Below, in pieces: positions 38,615 through 48,900 of a stretch of DNA of 64,000 nucleotides. Position numbers and translations under genes: made by a program. The DNA is from Patescibacteria group bacterium (GTDB lineage Bacteria > Patescibacteriota > Patescibacteriia > SG8-24 > DYFX01): contig CP129476.1 of NCBI GenBank assembly GCA_030583805.1, positions 733,640 through 797,639 on the forward strand. The letters run 5' to 3'. The notes beneath the pieces were generated by a model. That model worked only from the letters and a program-made list of their open reading frames with translations. It was not told where the DNA came from and made no database searches. Within the stretch, counting starts at the first letter, position 1. Each line of letters starts with the position of its first letter.

Positions 38615-41047
38615 TTACGGCGCTTGCGGCGGCTCAACCGGATCCGGGAGCCCCTCCTCTTCGGGTGCGGTCGCTCCGGACTTTTTCGCCTTGAGACCAG
38701 CGAGTCTCTGCTGAACGTCGGCGTTATTCGGATTCGCCTTCAGCACTTCCTCGATCTGGACGATGGCGCCATCGATGTCGCCCTTTTCCTCAAGCATGGC
38801 GGCCAAGTACCAGCGGGCATTCGAGTACTGAGCCTCAAGTGCGATGACGCGCTTGAGTTCAGCGATCGCCTTGTCCACCTGCTTGTTCTGGTAGTACAGG
38901 ATGGCGAGCTGGAAGCCGACACCGAGGTCATTCGGACTGGCGTTGCGCACCGACTCCAGTCTCGAAGCCGCTTCATCCGCCTTGCCCTCGGACTGGAGGA
39001 GAATCGCCATCCAGTAATTCGCGGCTGCGTAGTCCTGCTTGAGAGAAAGCGCTTTCTCAAGAGCTTCGCGAGCCTTCTGCTGCGCTTCCTTGATCGTCTT
39101 TTCGTACGCGGCCTTCTGCTCGGGCTGCATATCCTTGCCGGTGCCAAGCTTCTGGCGCGCGTCTTCCGCGACCGTCAATTCGATCTTCGCGAGTTCCGTC
39201 AGGTAGATCGGATTATTCGGCTCAAGCTCGTTCGCTCTCATGTACGCGTCGCGAGCCGCTTCGATGGCGCCATCGACGGCGGGTCCGAGGTCGCGATACA
39301 TGCCGGCGAGAGAAGACCACGTCTGAACGTTCGACGGGTTCAGGTCCGTCGCACGGCGGCCGGCGTTTACGGCGTTGGCTGCAAGGATCGTCACCTGGCG
39401 CGCCTGGTCATCCGTGGGATTCGCACCAGCTTCGGCGGCAATGCGGTTGGCCTGTACCGCGAGCGCCTGAGACAGCGCACGGAAGTACAGGTCGTTGCGG
39501 CCGTTCAGTTGCGTGGCGCGCAAGAGCTGCTGCGCCGCGGCATCAGCACCTTCTTTGGTCGTTACATCCGTCGTGATGCCGCGCTGGTAGTAGGATGCGG
39601 CGACAAGGCGCTGGCCCTGGAGATAGACGCCCGCGATCGAGAAGATCACGGCGACGATGAACATGAACGAAAGGCCGAGAGCCGCGCGCGGCGATTGGTC
39701 GAAACGCGCTTCGAAACGGCCGTGCCACTGCTGGGAAACAAGCATAGCAGTCAGCATCCAGAACGCGAACTCAAGCGTCATGTTCGAAGAGTAGAACACT
39801 TTGCCGAAGAGAAGCGTGACCCACGCCGAGAAGACCGCGAGCGTCACCAGCCATTCATCGTGGCCTCGCCAAAGCTTCAGCTTGGTATACGCCATCAGGA
39901 ACCCGGCCATGACCAGGAAGGATGCCAGGCCGAGGATGCCGAGCGTAGCGAGCATCGTCAGGATGCGGGAGGTCGAGCGATCGAACTGAACGCTCCAGAA
40001 ATCAGTGGCGTTCAGATCCTTCGAGCGGAACTGCGTGTAGTCGTAGAGGAACGTGCCCGGGCCTGAGCCGAAGAGCGGCTGACTTGCGAGCGCTTCTCTG
40101 GAAATGTTCCAACTGGCGCTCAAGGACGGCATCACTTCCGCCGGAAGACCCAGACTGAACGGGAAGCGGATGAAGATGAACAGGGCGCCGATGACCATCG
40201 CGGCCATCGGGATAGCCAGCATGGTGATGCGAAGATCGCGATCGGTCTTGAGCATGCCGTAGGCCACAAGCACGGCACAGCCGATGATCAGCATGAGCCA
40301 GAGCGCCCAGAATTGCAGGGCGGCAATGTAGACGGCTCCCATCGCCAAGATGGCGCACATCAAGACCTTGCGGACGATGGAGAGGCTTTCCTTCTTGGAG
40401 GGCATGAGCATGCGGCCCATGACAAGCGCCATCGCCATGGCGGCGTAGACACCGACCGCATTGGTCGTGCCGACCGTATTGAAGGCGGCATTGCCTCCGG
40501 AGGCGCCTGGCAGGAGCTTCAGACCAAAGGCTTGGGCAAGTGCTTGAACGAGGATAAGAAGCGCGCCGAGCATCACCCAATCAAGCGCTTTTTTGACGTC
40601 TTTCGCGTCTCGCAACACGTTGTTCGCGACAAAATACAGGAGCGCGAAGCAAAAAACGGTTACAAGACCCGATTTTTCCTGTCCAAAGTCGCCGACGATG
40701 CTGATATAGCGGCTCTTTGAGAACCAGACGGCGCCGACGTACATGAGCACGTACACGCCGACCAACAGGTTCATGATCGACCCGCGCACCTCGAGGCGGC
40801 GCGTCACCAGCATCTTGCCGAGCCAAGCGAGGACAGCAACGACCGTCACCAAAATCAAAGCAGTCTGTTTCGGCAATTCGAGCACGTCGCCGAGCCCCGG
40901 GAAGTAAAACAGCGGGATCAAAGCGAGCGAAACGTAGATCGTCCAACGCGCGACAGCATCAGCGAACGCCGCGAGCTTCCGCCCTTCGGCGGGAGTCACC
41001 AGCGTGTCGTCCGCGCCTCCTCCAAAGACGGGCGAGTGCTCTGACAT
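38615..41047 (-). CDS. O-antigen ligase/Wzy-like polytopic membrane protein fused to C-terminal TPR repeats
   Basis: About 12 TM helices with a large loop (the Wzy_C/O-antigen ligase architecture). The C-terminal ~300 aa hold multiple TPR repeats (AANYWMAILLQSEGKADEA..., ARWYLAAMLEEKGDIDGA...). Confidence 0.7.
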   Translation of the reverse strand: MSEHSPVFGGGADDTLVTPAEGRKLAAFADAVARWTIYVSLALIPLFYFPGLGDVLELPKQTALILVTVVAVLAWLGKMLVTRRLEVRGSIMNLLVGVYVLMYVGAVWFSKSRYISIVGDFGQEKSGLVTVFCFALLYFVANNVLRDAKDVKKALDWVMLGALLILVQALAQAFGLKLLPGASGGNAAFNTVGTTNAVGVYAAMAMALVMGRMLMPSKKESLSIVRKVLMCAILAMGAVYIAALQFWALWLMLIIGCAVLVAYGMLKTDRDLRITMLAIPMAAMVIGALFIFIRFPFSLGLPAEVMPSLSASWNISREALASQPLFGSGPGTFLYDYTQFRSKDLNATDFWSVQFDRSTSRILTMLATLGILGLASFLVMAGFLMAYTKLKLWRGHDEWLVTLAVFSAWVTLLFGKVFYSSNMTLEFAFWMLTAMLVSQQWHGRFEARFDQSPRAALGLSFMFIVAVIFSIAGVYLQGQRLVAASYYQRGITTDVTTKEGADAAAQQLLRATQLNGRNDLYFRALSQALAVQANRIAAEAGANPTDDQARQVTILAANAVNAGRRATDLNPSNVQTWSSLAGMYRDLGPAVDGAIEAARDAYMRANELEPNNPIYLTELAKIELTVAEDARQKLGTGKDMQPEQKAAYEKTIKEAQQKAREALEKALSLKQDYAAANYWMAILLQSEGKADEAASRLESVRNASPNDLGVGFQLAILYYQNKQVDKAIAELKRVIALEAQYSNARWYLAAMLEEKGDIDGAIVQIEEVLKANPNNADVQQRLAGLKAKKSGATAPEEEGLPDPVEPPQAP

Positions 41048-41231
41048 AGCCTAAATACGAAAAAATTAAGGTCGATGTGTTCGCCTTACAATATAGCACA
41101 AAACGCGAGTTGCTGTTCGGAGATATGCACAACAAAACTCCGAGCAGAAGAACGAAGGGGTGGGGCCCTCCGGAATTTTCGTTCAGGAGGGCCCCCTGAG
41201 TTGCCCGCGGCCGCAATGCGGCTAGCGGGGA

Positions 41232-41426
41232 TTAGAAGCCGTATCCCATGTCCTGCCAGAACACGATTTCGCACATCATCCCCTGCTGACGCAGTTGGAG
41301 AAGCTTCTGCATCTCTTCGGCAAAGACGTTGCCAAAGTCGACGAAGTAGCAGCCCTCCTGCTCAACGGGAGCGGGTGCCTCGTGCCTCTGTTGAGGGCGC
41401 GGGGTCGGCGAACCAGAAAAGAACAT
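41232..41426 (-). CDS. possible small protein (64 aa) in the 560-nt intergenic region
   Basis: ORF with non-GC-biased composition (GCYFVDFGNVFAEEMQKLLQLRQQGMMCEIVFW), but no SD. It could be non-coding. Confidence 0.2.
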   Translation of the reverse strand: MFFSGSPTPRPQQRHEAPAPVEQEGCYFVDFGNVFAEEMQKLLQLRQQGMMCEIVFWQDMGYGF

Positions 41427-41608
41427 ACAATGAACGGGTAACTACGGGGTGATTTATTTTTGTTTACATCAAACCGCCCCCGTTCTTGGCGACGGGATGT
41501 CTTCCCAGGATCTTCCCCCGATCGTGTGGCCACACGATCTTTCAGGGTCGTTCCCGGATTCGGCGCCTCCTCCTTATAAGGAGAAGGGGCCTGATCCGAT
41601 GACGACGT

Positions 41609-42583
41609 TCAAGTGCCTTTTTCGTGCCGGCGTATGACGCGGTCCGCGTACCACCTGAGCAGGGAGCGCAGCCCCCAGAACAAGGCGGAAACGCCTCCGA
41701 GGAGGATGAGCAGCGTGAGCCAAGGGATGACCCAGAAGCTGGTGGACGCGATCATGAGGCGCTCGTCTTGGCCGTAGCGCAGCTTCATCTCGGCCGTATA
41801 CCGTCCAAAGGCGAAGTTTTGCCATTGGCGAGCAAGAAGCGAAGCGTCATCCCCGACATTCTTCCGCTGCCATGTGGTGGCGTAGCGGCGTGCCATGCCC
41901 GGTAGAACGCTTTTATATTCGAGGCGGTTCATCGCGAGGGTCGCGACTTCGCGTCCAAGGGCATTCTTTACGGTCACCTCGCCATACGGCCTCAGGTGGA
42001 CCGTGCCCCCGTTCATGACGCTCGCTTCGAACCGCACGGGAAGGCTCGAAGACAGGAGCGGCGCGGAGAAACTGTTGAGGCGCAGGTTTTCGATGACGTC
42101 GCCCTCAACCCTGAGAAGCACGAGCGCGGCGGCGCTTCCGGTCACGCCGACGTTTTCTGCCGTCTCGCCCGCCGCGGTGGCAAGCACGACCGCGCCGAAG
42201 TAACTTCCGGGCCCGGCGTTTTTCGGAACGGCGACTGTGAACGCGAGTTCGGCGCGTTCGCCCGCCAAGAGCGTCAGCTCGCGTTTCGGGAATGAAATCC
42301 ACGGAGCGAGTCCTCGACCATCACGCACTTCTTCCGCGGGGTAGAAGTCGGGAATGCCGAGCGCATCGTCGTCGGCCTTTCCGGCAAAGTTCGCCGTGCT
42401 GGCCGTGAGCGTAACGGGCGTCGGAGATTCGTTGCGCAGGTGAAGCGTTTCTTGCACGACCTGCCCGGGTTTCGCCACGAGGTCGAACGTCGGCGGCGAG
42501 TACGTCAACGCCGAAGCCGTGCCGGGCAGGAGAAGCGCGGCGCTGGCGGAGAGGGCGATAATGGCGGAGCGGAGACGTTTCAT
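41609..42583 (-). CDS. bitopic cell-surface protein, DUF916/DUF3324-like (signal peptide, about 270-aa ectodomain, C-terminal TM anchor and basic tail)
   Basis: Trimmed to MKRLRSAIIALSASAALLLPGTASA. N-terminal SPPTFDLVAKPGQVVQETLHLRNESPTPVTL and mid-protein GPGSYFGAVVLATAAGE fit the DUF916 pattern. C-terminal TM WLTLLILLGGVSALFWGL plus RSLLRWYADRVIRRHEKGT. Confidence 0.6.
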   Translation of the reverse strand: MKRLRSAIIALSASAALLLPGTASALTYSPPTFDLVAKPGQVVQETLHLRNESPTPVTLTASTANFAGKADDDALGIPDFYPAEEVRDGRGLAPWISFPKRELTLLAGERAELAFTVAVPKNAGPGSYFGAVVLATAAGETAENVGVTGSAAALVLLRVEGDVIENLRLNSFSAPLLSSSLPVRFEASVMNGGTVHLRPYGEVTVKNALGREVATLAMNRLEYKSVLPGMARRYATTWQRKNVGDDASLLARQWQNFAFGRYTAEMKLRYGQDERLMIASTSFWVIPWLTLLILLGGVSALFWGLRSLLRWYADRVIRRHEKGT

Positions 42584-42587
42584 AGCG

Positions 42588-43601
42588 TTAGGATGTTCCC
42601 TGACGTTTTCGAGATTCATAGCGGCTGATGACGCGGCGTTCGTACCGATTCAGCAGGAGGCGCAAGAGGAGCGCGAGTACGATCAGTCCGACAAGGATGC
42701 TCGCAATCACCATCCACGGAACAACCCAGAAGGTCGTGGTGGCTGAGAGCAGCTTCTGCTCGCCAGAATCTCCGTAGTTCATGACCAGCGCGGCGGAGTA
42801 GCGGCCGAAGGCGAAGTTTTGCCACTGCTGAACGTATTCGGGCACGGACTTTGGAAGATTCTTTTTTACCCAGGTTTTTTCGAATCGACGGGTGGCTCCC
42901 GGAAGGACGCGGCGCTTGTCGTCGCCGTTCACTTCAAGCGACGCGACTTGGCGGCCGAACGCGTCGGTAATGAAGATGTTGCCGACCGGGATCAGGTGCG
43001 TCGTACCGCCGTTGGAGACGCGGATCGTGAAGTCTGCAGGAAGCCGCGCGTAGTACCGGCTGCTCGAGAAGAAGCTTTCGATCGCGAGGTCGTCGCGCGT
43101 TTCTCCGTTGACGCGGACGAAGATGAGCGCGGACGTTGCCGCCAGGACGCCAACCTTGGCGCCTTCGAGCTGCTGTTCCTCTTGCAGCGTCCCGACGTGA
43201 ATCGCTCCGAAGTGCCCGCCCGGCTGGGCGTCGAGCGGGATCGCCAGCGTAAACGGAATGTTCACGCGCTCGCCGGGACTGATTGTGAATGGCGCATCGT
43301 CTTTGAGCGTGATCCACTCGGCGAGCTCGTGCCCGTTGCGCGATTCGCCGGCGGGATAGAACTCTGGCGAGCCTGTGGTCTCATCACCCGGCCTGAACGT
43401 GAAGTTGAGCAAGCTCGGCTTCAGCGTGATGGCGTAGGGATCCTCGTTATAGACGTGAAGCACGTCTTCGATCACGTCACCGGGACTCGCTGTCAGGTTG
43501 AAGTCCGGGGGCGAGATCGTCATGGCGCGCGCGGAACGAGCGGCGACGCCGAAGACGGCGATCGTCGCGAACAGCGCGGTGAGGAGCGTTTTTTTCAGCA
43601 T
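42588..43601 (-). CDS. bitopic cell-surface protein, paralogue of the preceding gene (DUF916/DUF3324-like)
   Basis: Signal peptide MLKKTLLTALFATIAVFGVAARSARA, ISPPDFNLTASPGDVIEDVLHVYNEDPYAITL, GGHFGAIHV, C-terminal TM plus RLLLNRYERRVISRYESRKRQGTS. It aligns along its whole length with the 41609..42583 product. Confidence 0.6.
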   Translation of the reverse strand: MLKKTLLTALFATIAVFGVAARSARAMTISPPDFNLTASPGDVIEDVLHVYNEDPYAITLKPSLLNFTFRPGDETTGSPEFYPAGESRNGHELAEWITLKDDAPFTISPGERVNIPFTLAIPLDAQPGGHFGAIHVGTLQEEQQLEGAKVGVLAATSALIFVRVNGETRDDLAIESFFSSSRYYARLPADFTIRVSNGGTTHLIPVGNIFITDAFGRQVASLEVNGDDKRRVLPGATRRFEKTWVKKNLPKSVPEYVQQWQNFAFGRYSAALVMNYGDSGEQKLLSATTTFWVVPWMVIASILVGLIVLALLLRLLLNRYERRVISRYESRKRQGTS

Positions 43602-43716
43602 AGGTAGTAGTTATTCCCCTTTCGGGACTTCGCAGCATGCCGGCGCATGCGGCGGAGCCCCGCGCCCTCCGGAAGAGACCGGAGAGCTGGGGCACGCACG
43701 CGATGGTTTCGCGCGC

Positions 43717-44907
43717 TTAGAACGTGCCGGTCGCGATGAACGTGAGCACGTCGACGTAGTCGTTCGCGGCCGAGGTGATGGCGGAGATCGCCGCTTTCAC
43801 CAAGATGTCGGCCGTGTTGTTCGCCGTGCCGTCGAGTGCTGCCGCGTTCGTCGTAACGATGAACTGGGCGGCTGCGGAGTCGACGCCTCCGACGCGGTTG
43901 CCGCCGTTCGAGGTGCAATCGCCGTTATACGGCGCGACCGCGGTGGCGGAACCGGTGACGACGTTCGTCGCGGTGACGCACAGTCCGTACCCTTCCGTGC
44001 CGGCCACGAGATCGGTCACGCCGCCCGCACCTGCGGTGTAGGTCGTGCCGATCGTATCGCCGCTGGCCGAGGATTCGAGCGCATCGGCCGACCCACTGCC
44101 CTGCACGGTCACCAGCGCGCCGCCGGAGGCGTTGGTGTCGAGATCAAGGCAGATGTGGTTGGTCGCGGTCGAAACGGCTGCGGACGTGAGCGTGCCGAGC
44201 GAGACGGCGTACGGCGTGTTCGATTCCGATCCGCACGAGGATTGGATATCGATGTCGAAGGTGAGCGTCGGGCTGACCGTCGCGGTTACCGTGACCTGAT
44301 CATCGTCCATGATCGAAACCGCGACGCTGGTCGAGTGCGCCGATACGACGCCCATGTCGGTCATGGTGACGTCGACCGTTTGTGAACCGGCAGTGCCGGG
44401 ATTCGTCAGCGTGCCGTCAGCAGCCGTGCCAAGGATCTGGAAATCGATGACAGACGTCGCGGTCGATGACGTATACGAAGCGCTGCATGCCTTCACACGG
44501 AAGATATTGGCCGACGTGTCGACAGCTACGCCGACATCGTTGACGCCCGTCCCACAAGAAACGTCCGAGACTCCGGCGCCTTGCGCAACCGTCGTGACGG
44601 TTCGACCCGTGCCGTCGATGAACACGAAGTCGCTTGTGGCCCAGGTTCCCGAAGCCGAGCTGGTGAAGCCTGCCGGGAAATCGACGGCGATTACATCACT
44701 CGTCGTTGCCGAGCCGCTAAACGTATAGCTCAACGGGAGCGTCAGGCGGATCGTGTGGTTAGACGTGGTCGAGATCTTGAGCCGCGACATCGTATCGCTG
44801 GTCGAAGTAAAGCCGTCTGCGCGCACGGGAGCGAGAGGAAGCACCAATGATGCGACCGTCGCGAGTGCGGCCAGAAAGGCTGTTACTCTATTCAGGATCT
44901 TTTTCAT
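43717..44907 (-). CDS. secreted Ser/Thr/Gly-rich beta-strand protein (396 aa) with C-terminal motif NDYVDVLTFIATGTF
   Basis: Signal peptide MKKILNRVTAFLAALATVASLVLPLAPVRADG. The C-terminal ~200 aa are paralogous to the 258-aa protein (TPYAVSLGTLTSAAVSTATNHICL...; GYGLCV). Confidence 0.6.
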   Translation of the reverse strand: MKKILNRVTAFLAALATVASLVLPLAPVRADGFTSTSDTMSRLKISTTSNHTIRLTLPLSYTFSGSATTSDVIAVDFPAGFTSSASGTWATSDFVFIDGTGRTVTTVAQGAGVSDVSCGTGVNDVGVAVDTSANIFRVKACSASYTSSTATSVIDFQILGTAADGTLTNPGTAGSQTVDVTMTDMGVVSAHSTSVAVSIMDDDQVTVTATVSPTLTFDIDIQSSCGSESNTPYAVSLGTLTSAAVSTATNHICLDLDTNASGGALVTVQGSGSADALESSASGDTIGTTYTAGAGGVTDLVAGTEGYGLCVTATNVVTGSATAVAPYNGDCTSNGGNRVGGVDSAAAQFIVTTNAAALDGTANNTADILVKAAISAITSAANDYVDVLTFIATGTF

Positions 44908-45176
44908 ACGTACGTAATGAATGTTCTCTCAAGTACAATTCGAAGCCGCAATGGCTGCGGAGTCCGCACCTTCCCCTCGATGAACCGAGGAGCGGTGAGT
45001 CCGGCGCTTTCCCCGGCACGTGCAGGGGAAAGAGCGATTCCGCAGAAACGGTAATGCGCGCGGTCACGCGTTACCGTCGACCTTTTAGTTCCGGCCTTAG
45101 TGGCCGGGAGGAGCCTCGAAGCGTTCGGGGCTCTTCCCGGCCCTCCTGCACCGGACGATGCAGGAGAGCGTTCCGT

Positions 45177-45953
45177 TCAATACGTTGCGGTGACCGTGAT
45201 GGTCAGCGTGTCTTGGTAATCGTTATGCGCGGGGGTCACGGACGAGACCGCGGCTTTCGTCAGAAGTTCTCCGAAGGCGTTGGTGACGAAGCCGCTCGAG
45301 AACCAGACCGTCTGGTTGGCCGTCGTGAGGGCGCCGACCGCGTGATTCGTCGTGGTATCGCAGCTGCCGTTGAACGGCGTCGTGGCCGTGAAGCCGTTTT
45401 GGGCGTTCGAGCTGCAGACGCCGTATCCGGCCGTGCCCGCGACGAGCGTCGCCGTGTTCGAAGCGATGACGTCAGCCGGCGTTCCATTCGAGGCAAGACC
45501 CGCGTTCGCATCCCTGATTTGCACCACTTGCCCGCCCGGGGAGTTCGCGCTGACGCGGACGCAGATGCGATTCGAGGCGGTCGTGACGGCGCTGGTCGTT
45601 AGCGTGCCGAGCGGCACCGTATAGGGAGGGCTCGACGAGCTCGTCGCGTCGCAGGCTCCGGACTGCACGGCATAGTTCACGGTCAGCGTGATGTCTTCCC
45701 GCAAGCACTGATAGCCGACGCAAGCGAGATAACTGGCGCTTGAGAGGTCTTCCCCCGTGGGCGAGGACACCTCGGCGATCGTATCTTCGGCGATATAGCT
45801 CGCGGACGTACTGCGTTCTCCGCCGCCAGAGAAGGCGTCGAATGGGATGCGGTAATTTTGAGACGTCATGACCTGTGCGAACGCCAGTGCCGGCCAGAGT
45901 GCCTGGCACGCAATGACGGCGATCGTCGCAAATTGTCGTGTTAAGCGTTTCAT
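45177..45953 (-). CDS. secreted beta-strand protein (258 aa), paralogue of the 396-aa protein C-terminus; ends NDYQDTLTITVTATY
   Basis: Signal peptide MKRLTRQFATIAVIACQALWPALAFAQ. Shared blocks PPYTVPLGTLTTSAVTTASNRICV and GYGVCS. The terminal alternating beta-strand is like pilin/SCPU/TasA-type donor strands. Confidence 0.6.
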   Translation of the reverse strand: MKRLTRQFATIAVIACQALWPALAFAQVMTSQNYRIPFDAFSGGGERSTSASYIAEDTIAEVSSPTGEDLSSASYLACVGYQCLREDITLTVNYAVQSGACDATSSSSPPYTVPLGTLTTSAVTTASNRICVRVSANSPGGQVVQIRDANAGLASNGTPADVIASNTATLVAGTAGYGVCSSNAQNGFTATTPFNGSCDTTTNHAVGALTTANQTVWFSSGFVTNAFGELLTKAAVSSVTPAHNDYQDTLTITVTATY

Positions 45954-45962
45954 ATATCGGCG

Positions 45963-48900
45963 TTATGGCGTTTGTTCAGTCGTCGTTCCTGATTCCGTCT
46001 CCGGCGGAGGCTCCGGCGCTGCAGGCGGCTCTTCGACAACGGGTTCCGGCGGCGGGGGCTCTTCTTCTGGAGGCGTTTCCGGCGTACCGCTGCCCGATTC
46101 CGTCACTCCTCCCGTCGGAGGCGTGCCCGTGCCGGATTCCGTCGGTTCATCTTGCGGCGCTTCCTCTTCAACCGCCGCCTGCTCAAGCAGGCCGTCGATC
46201 GGCAAGATCCAGTACGTGAACGGCGTCTCATCGATTGCTCCCTGGGCAAGCTTCAGGATGAACGAACCCTGATGCTTCTCGGACACCCACCAGTTGGAGC
46301 CCGGATTGCCTTCGAAGGTGATCACGATGACCGATTCCTCCGTCACGTGCGGGTTTTCCACCATGATCGCGTCGTACCCTGCGCGGAGCCGCGCCTTGCC
46401 GACAACGCGGTCAGCCGCCGCATCAGCTCGCAACGTCAGTTTTCTCGTGTTCACTTCCTTCGCCTCGATGTGTTCGGCGACGAGATAGCCGTCCGAGGAC
46501 ACGCTCCAGAGGCCGCTGGTCGAGACGATGGCGGAGACGTTGGAGAGCGTCGAGTTCTTGAAGTCGAGGAGGGATTCGCCCGTGATCGACAGCGCACCGC
46601 CTGCGGTCGCTCCCGCGAGCGCGGCCGGGCCGTTCCACCACGAGGGGTTCACGAAGACGGTGATGCGTCCGGTGCCGCTGCCGTTCCAGCCTTCAAGCGC
46701 GATACCGATGACGCGTCCGGCTTCCGCCGCCTTCATACCGACGCCAGGCGTCGAGGACGAGGTGATCGGGTCGCCCGGCTTGATCTCGCCGGATTCGGTA
46801 TTCACCTTGACCGGTACGCGGCCGGCGAGAGCCACGGGCTGGGTACCCGCCGTGCTCTTGCCCGTCAGGAAGCCGGGCTTGGTCGAGATGACGCCGAGGA
46901 GGGTGTTTTCGTAGGCGGCGTCGGACTTCTTCACGCCGTAGCCGTTGGTATTCGCCGCGTCGACCATGACGATGTCGCCGGCGTCGAGGTCCGGTGCCGC
47001 CGGGAACGTTTCGGCGTAGTCGAGGCCGCCGTTCACGGTGAGGGAACCCGCCAAGGCGAGGTCGCCAGCCTGGTTCAGCGAGGCGAGCGTCTGGCCGTTG
47101 TCATTCTTGAAGGTGAGTTGGTAGGCGCTGTCGCTCGTGACGTCGTTGCGGATCGTGATGTTGCGGGTGACGGCGGTGTTCGAAGCGCTGCTCCAAGCGG
47201 AACCGCCGAATTTCAGTGCATACGAGGAGAAGGCGGTGCCCGTCGCCGAGGCGATGTCGAGCGGCTTGAAGGCGAAGTCGTCGGCGAAGATCGAGGACGC
47301 GCCGTCGTTCGTGATCGAGAGGCCGAGGTGGAAGCCAGGGTTCACGAAGATTTCAATCTTGCCTTCTCCGGGACCTTCCCAGTGATCAAGCGCGAAACCG
47401 ACGATCATGCCAGGCTTCGTCGCTTTCATGGCGACGCCTGAAATGGACGACGTCGTGAGCGGGTCGCCCGGACGAATCACGCCATTCGCGGCGGTAACGC
47501 GGGTCGGGACGCGTCCGATCAGGGCCACGGGAGCGGTGGTCGATGAAGAGGCCGTTACACCCTTACCGAAGGATTGGTACGGGTTGGTGGAGATGACACC
47601 GATGATCTTTGCCTCGTACGGAGCGGTCGATTCCGTAAGGATCGACGACGTGTTCGTGGCGTATGTTTCGAGACGCACGCCCGTCAGCGGGTTGAAGAGC
47701 TCGTCCTGGTACGAGATGACCGCGTCGGTGGCGATGAGCAGGGTTCCGGTCGGATACGCTTCTTCCAAGGCGTACCACTCGGCAACGTCGGACGGCGTCG
47801 AGCTGCACTCCCGGAACTCAACGTCGCCAAAACTGTCGGCCGTGTCTTTACAGACGCCAATCGTCGTGTCGCCCGTAGGGTTAATGTCGAACTCGATGTT
47901 GCCTTCGACGTCGAGTGTCGCTCCCGGAGCGGTGCCGCCGATATGTACTTGACCACCCGCGTCGATTGAGAACGGCGTGGAGTCGCTGCCATAGTTGCCG
48001 CCGTCGTCTTCAACACGAAGTGCAAGGCCAGTACCGGCGTAATCGATCTGCAGACCAGCGCCGCTCGCTGCCGTGTTGTTCTGCTCCACGCGCAACACGT
48101 CAGCCGTATGCGTACAGGTGCCGAGCGTGGTGATACAGCCGTCGGAGAATTCACCGACCGCAGCACTCAGCGTCAACACCTGGGCACTGCCGTTGATGGT
48201 GGGCTGACGTACCGCGCGGAAGGTCGAGCCGCCGCTCGTGGTGGTCGTGGTATACGTCGGCTGCTGGTTCAACAAGATCATCGAGCCAGTGCTCATAGCC
48301 GCGGCCGTCGAGATATTTTCGATCAAGAGACCGGCACCGGACGAGATATCATCGAGACTCACGGAAATTGCGTTACCCGTCGTGATGGTCTGGGCCTGGA
48401 GCTGGAGCGAGTTACTGTTTGTGCGCGTGGTCAGGATGTCGAGGTCGGCATTCGGGGTGCTGTCACCGATACCGATTTCTCCGGAAGAATCAATCGTCAG
48501 ACGGGCTGTGTCGGCGGTACCAAGGTGCAGAGAGTTGCTGCCGTGAATCTGGAGCGAGTTGGAAAGGACGCCGGACAAGATATCACCTTCATCACCAATA
48601 CCGATGGATGCGATGAGGCTGCCCGCTTCCGTGTACTCAATCTGGGCGAGCGTGGCGCCGCTGTTAGTGTTGGCGATCCTGAGGGTCGTTCCGGTCGTAT
48701 CGGAAATGTGCAGTTTGCCTGAAGGAGAAGCAGTACCGATACCGACGCTTCCGGAGCTCGCAATGTAAATGCCGGAAGTTTCCGCATGCTGCGGGCCAAT
48801 CTGAATCGCCTGGCCGGAGGAGTAGATCTGCGCACGGCGGCCGTTCGTGTCGCGCCAGCCGAGCTGCAGGATCGACGTGCCGCTCGTGTCGTAGGCGATC

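Noticed and set aside
43717-45953. Calling the two small secreted paralogues WxL-domain proteins (the usual DUF916 partners)
   Set aside because: Neither has WxL motifs. The only Trp contexts are SGTWATSD and QTVWFSSG. I therefore kept them as uncharacterised secreted beta-rich proteins.
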